Shown here one piece after another: positions 56,994-64,000 of a stretch of 64,000 nt of DNA. The number at the start of each line of letters is the position of its first letter. Position 1 is the stretch's first letter. The position numbers were made by a program, and so were the translations under genes. Under the pieces are notes generated by a model, which saw only the letters and a program-made list of their open reading frames with translations, made no database searches and was not told where the DNA came from. Origin of the DNA: Eledone cirrhosa (taxonomy: Eukaryota); the NCBI GenBank assembly GCA_964016885.1, contig OZ024744.1, positions 88,536,001-88,600,000 of the forward strand. The letters run 5' to 3'.

Positions 56994-57012
56994 ACGTATA
57001 TATATATATATA

Positions 57013-57189
57013 TATAACGAAGCAAGAGTGGTAAGGAACCAGATGGACCATAACGCACCAGACTACTCAATACTTAGGGTAATATGAAAATGTTTGACCC
57101 CGACGGCAGAGCTCTTGCCGTTTTGACGGCTATTTCTGGACTCCAAACGGCTTGAGCTCTGCCGTCGGAGTCAAACATTTTCCTATATT
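57013..57189 (-). mobile_element. palindromic hairpin element (family of 26432-26600)
   Basis: Hairpin at 57081-57189; tail 57013-57080 is the reverse complement of 26535-26600. Confidence 0.75.
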
Positions 57190-57220
57190 TATATATATAT
57201 ATATATATAAATATAGGAAA

Positions 57221-57273
<53 letters not shown>

Positions 57274-57276
<3 letters not shown>

Positions 57277-58147
57277 AAGTTTTTCCAAATTGAAGGATGA
57301 GTATTTTAGACTTTATTTTATCATGAGTTAAGGCTCTATTGATTTTTCCCTGGATTTCACTAAATTCTGTGGATGAATTTATATCCTGAGTCTCTTTGAG
57401 ATAAGTTTGAATTATTTTTCCCACATCTTGCGTTAACTATTTTTCCCATTTTGACGCTATAGTCGCATATATGTTATGGAATACTGTTAGCTTCTCGCTA
57501 CAACAATTTCTATACCTTTCATTTATATATTTATACTCGGATCTTTTTCCTAGAGTGCTTTAATTATTTGTGACTAATCCCGGTTTTTTTAATAAAAAAC
57601 TGCTATAATATTGCTTTTTGCTGAACTCCTTTTGTAGAGTTTTTTTCGGAATGTTTTGACTGTTATTTCTTGTAAACAAACATTCGTCTCGTTCTGACGT
57701 CACTAGCCCTGTTTTTCCTCATGTGCGTTTTTCATAATCACGCATGATGGTGAACTAGCCTGTTCTAAAATTCCCTTTTTGGCATATAAATCTGTGAGAG
57801 TCCTGGTTATCGAGTTGAGCTCTGCTGACGATAGGATTCCAACCGTTACCATCTCCACTGAAAGTTTTCATGAAATAGTCTTTAAGACTATACAGAGCAT
57901 TTGAAGTTTTTCCAAATTGAAGGATGAGTATTTTAGACTTTATTTTATCATGAGTTAAGTCTCTATTGATTTTTCCCTGGATTTCAACAAATTCTGTGGA
58001 TGAATGTATATCCTGATTCTCTTTGAGATAAGTTTGAATTATCTTTCCCACATCTTACGTTAACTATTTTTCCCATTTTGACGGTATAGTCGCATATATG
58101 TTATGGAATACTGTTAGCTTCTCGCTACAACAATTTCTATACCTTTC

Positions 58148-58155
<8 letters not shown>
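57274..58155 (+). mobile_element. retrozyme-like element, 1.4 copies of a 627-nt unit
   Basis: 57274-57528 is directly repeated at 57901-58155; an HHR sits immediately before the repeat junction; (TA)n on both sides. Confidence 0.8.
57819..57898 (+). ncRNA. type-I hammerhead ribozyme with stable stem III
   Basis: GCUCUG-CUGACGA-[40-nt weak stem II]-GAAA-UAGUCU(UUA)AGACUA-UA-CAGAGC; cleavage after 57892. Confidence 0.82.
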
Positions 58156-58182
<27 letters not shown>

Positions 58183-58269
58183 TATACATTTTCCTATATT
58201 TGCTATATTTGCGGCGATGATAAAGAACAGAGACCGCTAGAAAGAACTCGTCTATGGATCTCCGGAATT

Positions 58270-58586
58270 ACTGAGCACACAACACACAGAAACAAGATGG
58301 CGTAGGACAGAACAAAGGAGAGGCACAAAAACAAAGAAAAGAATCCCCAGTCACTGAAGAGATCACAGAATGTGTGACGAAAGAACTTTGACAATATATA
58401 AACAACCATCTGGTTGTGGAACCAACCAACCAACCGGAAATTTATAAATTTATTATAATAAATTGGAATGAAAGCAACTGGTGCGTGTATTTCTTATTGG
58501 CAACATGACCCTCCCAAAGTATAACAATATCGGTTTCAACACACGTTTTCACATAAAGAATCTTCCTAAACAAATTCAGAAACGAA
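58270..58586 (+). mobile_element. PLE pseudo-LTR copy with HHR (58350-58392)
   Basis: Homologous to 51397-51745. Confidence 0.82.
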
Positions 58587-58613
58587 ATATATATATATAT
58601 ATATATATAGATA

Positions 58614-58645
<32 letters not shown>

Positions 58646-58646
58646 C

Positions 58647-58719
<73 letters not shown>

Positions 58720-58726
58720 CATACAT

Positions 58727-58867
<141 letters not shown>

Positions 58868-58876
58868 CATACATAC

Positions 58877-58930
<54 letters not shown>

Positions 58931-59261
58931 ATATATATATATATACCACTTTTAAGCTGTTGCAAGATAATTACCATTTAGTCCAATAATGTCCAAGAAT
59001 TTTTGCCAAATCTGTCATAATTGGTGCTTATGAGAGCGGCGGCGCATTAAATTCTGTCTGCTGTGAAACATTGAGCAGTTTGGTTCGTGACTTGATTAAC
59101 TCAATGTAATAAATAAGTTGGAGAAACTGTTAGATCCATTTGCTGTACTGATGCTTGAATGATTGATTCCATGGCAGAACAAGTGGAATAAATATATTCC
59201 TCCGTCTTCTCTATCATATCATCTTCAAAATTATATTCATAACTCTCACCACTTAACATAG

Positions 59262-60803
59262 CCACCACCACCACCACCAGCAACACCACCACCGCCACCA
59301 CCACAATTATCCCCACACCACTACCACCACCACCACCACCACCACCACTACAATTATCCCCACACCACTACCACCACCACCACCACCACCACCTCCACAA
59401 TTATCCCCACACCACTACCACCAACGCCACCACCGCCACCACAATTATCCCCACACCACTACCACCACCACCACAATTATCCCCACACCACTACCACCAA
59501 CACCACCACCGCCACCACAATTATCCCCACACCACCACCACCAACGCCACCACCGCCACCATAATTATCCCCACCCCACTACCACCAACACAACCACCAC
59601 CACAATTATCCCCACACCACTACCACCAACGCCACCACCACCACAATTATCCCAACACCACTACCACCAACACCACCACCACCACAATTATCCCCACACC
59701 ACTACCACCAACACCACCACCACCACAATTATCCCCACACCACTACCACCACCACCACCATCAGTACCACCATTACCCCCCCCCATTATCCCCACCATCA
59801 ACATCGTGACTACCGTTATCCCCACCATCACTGCCACCATCACCACCATTATTGCCACCATCACCACCGTTAACGCCACCGTCAGTACCATTATCCCCCC
59901 ACCATCACCCCCCACCAACAACACCATCACTAACATTATCCCCACCATCACTGACATTATCCCCACCATCAACACCATTATTCTATTCCCACTATCACCA
60001 CCATTATTCTATTCCCACCATCACCACCATTATCCCCACCATCACCACCATTATTCCCACCATCAGTACCATTATCTCCACCATCCCCCCCCAACACCAC
60101 CATTAATACCACCATCAGTACAATTATCCCCCCACCATCATACCCACCATTATCCCCCACCATCACTAGCATCACTACCATTATCCCCACCATCACCACC
60201 ATCACCACCATCCCCACCATTATCCCCACGATCACCACCATTAATACCACCATCAGTACAATTATCCCCCCCACCATCATACCCACCATTATCCCCACCA
60301 TCACCACCATCACCACCATTATCCCCACCATCACCACCATTAATACCACCATCAGTACAAGTATCCCCCCCCCCCACCATCATACCCACCATTATCCCCA
60401 CCATCACCACCATCACCACCATTATTCCTACCATCACCACCATTATCCCCAATATCTCCTCATCTTCACTGTTATCCTCACCACCATCACCATTATCTTC
60501 GCTGTAATCCTCACTACTATCAACACCACCATCACCACTATCGTAACCAATACCATTACCACCATCATCACCACCATCATCACCACATTCCCCACCATCA
60601 CCACTGCCAGCACCACATTCACTACCATCCTCAGCACCACATTCCACACCACCACCACCACCACCACCACCACCACCACCACCACCACCATCATCACCAC
60701 ATTCACCACCAATACCACCATCCACGCCACCAGCACCACATTCACCAGCACCATCATCACCATCATCACCACCATCACCACTGCCAGCACCGCTGCCAGC
60801 ATC

Positions 60804-60837
<34 letters not shown>

Positions 60838-61420
60838 CCACCATCATCACCACATTCACCACCATTACCACCACCATCACCACCATCACCACTGCCAGCA
60901 CCACATTCACCGCCACCATCATCACCACCATCACCACCATCACCACTGCCAGCACCGCTGCCAGCATCACCACCACCACCACCACCACCATCATCATCAC
61001 CACCATCATCACCACATTCACCACCATTACCACCACCATCACCACCATCACCACTGCCAGCACCACATTCACCGCCACCATCATCACCACCATCACCACC
61101 ATCACCACTGCCAACACCACATTCACCGCCACCACCATCACCACCATCACCACTGCTAACACCACCATCACCACTGCCAACACCACCATCATCACCATCA
61201 CCACTGACAACACCACCATCACCACCACCATCACCACTGCTAACACCACCATCACCACCACCAACACCACCATCCTCACCACCATCAATGCCATCTTCTC
61301 CACTATCACTAGGGTCACCACTACCAAACACCACCTTCACCACCATATCTACTAACATTACCAGCATCACCACCATCACAACAAAATAACCGCCACTATC
61401 TCCATTACCCCCCACCACCA

Positions 61421-61454
<34 letters not shown>

Positions 61455-61465
61455 CAACACCTTCA
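59262..61465. repeat. complex (CCA)n/(CAT)n-derived minisatellite
   Basis: ACAATTATCCCCACACCACTACCACC units grading into CCACCATCA repeats; produces low-complexity ORFs in several frames. Confidence 0.9.
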
Positions 61466-61517
61466 TCCATCACTATCAAGAAACATCAGCGTCTCCATTT
61501 ATAGTCGTTATCACTGA

Positions 61518-62850
61518 CTAACTTTGCCTTTCATCCTTCCGGGGTCGATAGAATAAAGTACCAGTAATGCATTGGTAATTGCTGGCCTTGTGCCAAAAGT
61601 AGAAACAACTATTGTTATTATCATATGATTGGCAGTATCGGTAGAGGGTCGGACGCCATGCTTTCCAGCATAGTTACGTCCCTTTACGATCTGAATTCAA
61701 ATCCCGCCGAGGTTGACTTTGCCTTTCATCCTTACGGGGTCGATAAAATAAAGTACCAGTAATGCACTGGGTAATAGCTGGCCTTGTGCCTAAAGTAGAA
61801 ACAATTATTATCATTATTATTATTATTATTAAAGAAATCATTGCCGAGGTTAACATTGCCTTTCATCCTTATGGAGGTCGATAAAATAAAGTTCCAGTAA
61901 TGCACTGGGATAATTGCTGGCCTTGTGTCAAAAATAGAAATAATTATTATTATCATTAATAATGTGGATTGGCAGTATCAGTAGAGTGTCGGACGCCATG
62001 CTTTCCAGCATAGTTACGTCCCTTTACGATCTGAGTTCAAATCCCGCCGAGGTTGACTTTGCCTTTCATCCTTACGGGCTCGATAAAATAAAGTACCAGT
62101 AATGCACTGGATGATTGCTGGCCTTGTGCCTAAAGTAGAAACAATTATCATTAATAATGTGATGATGAAGATGAAGTGGATGGTGATGTCGATGTTGATA
62201 ATGATGATTGTGTTGAAAATAATGATGAAGATGGTGATGGTGTTGGTAGTGATGGTGGTGTGGTGATCATATTAATAAGAATAAGAATAATGTTGTTAAG
62301 ATAAAAACATTAATTGTTTCTACTTTTGGCACAAGGCCAGCAATTACACGAGGGAATTACTGGTACTTTATTTTATCGAGCCCCATAAGGATGAAAGGCA
62401 AAGTTAACCTCGGCGGGATTATGATAATAACAATAATTATTTCTACTTTAGGCACAAGGCCAGCAAATACCCAGTGCATTACTGGTACTTTATTTTATTT
62501 ATCGACCCCGTAAGGATGAAAGGCAAAGTCAACCTCGGCGGGATTTGAATTCAGAAAGGCAAGGGCCGTAACTCTATGCGTCAAAGCATGGCGTCCGACC
62601 CTCTACCAATATTGCCAATACACCACCCACAATAATAATAACAATTGCATTAACCATTGGTGGATTGGCAATATTGGTAGAGGGTCGGACGCCATGCTTT
62701 GACGCATAGAGTTACGGCCCTTGCCATTCTGAGTTCAAATCCCGCCGAGGTTAACTTTGCCTTTCATCCTTACGCGGTCGATAAAATAAAGTACCAGTAA
62801 TACACTGAGTATTTGCTGGCCTTGTGCCTAACGTAGAAACAATTATTATT
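61518..62850. mobile_element. SINE family B cluster (four +, two -, one +)
   Basis: Copies at 61518-62150 (+), 62310-62630 (-) and 62657-62850 (+). Confidence 0.87.
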
Positions 62851-63175
62851 ATTATTATTTTAATGGACGCACATGTGTGAGGACAGTACAAGTCTGCGGG
62901 GGAAAAGGTTCGTAACTTTAAGCTGTTTTAAAGTATCATTTTCTGTATTTTCTTGTCGTTAACGAAACATAAGGTACACATCTTGGTTTCAAGGGAGTGA
63001 TACCTCTCAATATTCGGGCTTTAAGCCCGAATATTCAGATTTATTTTAAAAAACTTCGAAAAAAATCGCTTCCTCACCAAAAAAACAAAAAATGGAAATT
63101 TTCGACCTTGAAACGGTAAACAACGATCAGGTCAAAAGTTTAAAAGTAGCCACTGTAGATTTCACCACGACTACG

Positions 63176-64000
63176 ATGGCTACAGACATGCCTGTCGCCC
63201 ACTCTACTGAATGAGAAGGCAAAACTCAAAAGCTACCATCACAACCTTCTGTGTTAGCAGCAGTATGATCTGAAGACGACATCACCACCACCACCGCCGC
63301 CACCACCACCACCACCACCACAACAACAACAACTCAGAGCAACAACGACAATAACACCAACAGCTTCAATCTAAACACGGATGGCGGTGGCAACAGCAAC
63401 AACAAACAAAACAACAACAGCAACACCAATAACAACAGCAAGAACGACAACACCAACAAGAGCATCAGAGGCACCACATTTGCTGCTGCAGCAGCAAAAA
63501 CAAAGCGCTTATTGGATATTGATATTAGCGATAAAGACGAACAGTTGGCCCAGGCGTGGAGGCTAATTAAACGGGAGAAGTCCTGGGTAAACCTGACCAT
63601 CCCGGACGGGGCAATAGCGGCCATGCAAAGGAGGACGGTGTACTTTCGATGCATTTCGGTGCAGACACGAAAAGTGGAACTAGCCAGCCAAGCAGAGGTA
63701 GAGGCTGCTTTGGAGTGCATCGGAAGTGAGACAGATTATAAAGCAAGAGCCAAACCGTTCGGTATCATCTCGGTACTGTTCAAAACTGAGGCCCTCGCTA
63801 TTAAGCACTCGGTGACCCCCTGCAGAACGGAACGCATTAACATGCACCCGCCCTACATGGGTAAAAGGACAGTAAAGGTCCGCATTCCCAGCATCCCACC
63901 AGGAATGAACATATGGTGGCTCCTGGGATGCGTAATCGATGAGGGGACAGACACTACCCTCCTGGATATCAAAAGGACAGAGAGAGAGAAGACTGGTCCG
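63176..64000 (+). mobile_element. 5' end / ORF1 of a LINE (probably L1/Tx1 clade), running off the window
   Basis: ATG at 63176 with two early TGA stops, then open from 63269 to the window end: Thr/Asn-rich linker, FAAAAAK, and RRM-like YMGKRTVKVRIPSIPP. Confidence 0.7.

Noticed and set aside
57755-58051. Duplicated MGKIIQTYLKE ORF on the minus strand
   Set aside because: Non-ATG start, antisense to the HHR unit, no recognisable homology; explained by the 627-nt repeat.
59688-61466. Long Gly/Asp-, Val/Met- and Pro/Thr-rich ORFs (up to 438 aa)
   Set aside because: Open in several frames on both strands because CCA/CAT triplet repeats lack stops; no domain or splice evidence.

Overview
This is AT-rich, microsatellite-laden animal genomic DNA; the SINE, LINE and microsatellite complement looks like a coleoid cephalopod such as Octopus (inference). 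I found no host protein-coding exon, rRNA or tRNA gene, and almost all six-frame ORFs are microsatellite artefacts or transposon fragments. The window holds fragments of RTE, CR1, L1/Tx1 and R4/Dong non-LTR retrotransposons, Penelope-like elements (PLEs), a deleted mariner, a non-autonomous Helitron, MITEs and two tRNA-headed SINE families. The main hidden signal is about 27 type-I hammerhead ribozyme (HHR) motifs, read by eye on both strands, in roughly a dozen unrelated sequence families. They include core variants (U3-A8, C4, A4, long stem II) and compensatory stem changes. They sit in PLE terminal repeats and in short non-coding retrozyme-like units (406-nt and 627-nt periods), nearly all inserted in (TA)n tracts. 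Several form fold-backs whose inverted arm starts at the ribozyme, and several carry promoter-like motifs (octamer, NRF1/YY1, CRE/TATA) just upstream. Secondary findings are a shared 3' tail between an abundant SINE and a microsatellite-associated Tx1 LINE, and a family of long palindromic hairpin elements. Coordinates were read manually and may be off by a few bases; no ribozyme activity has been tested.
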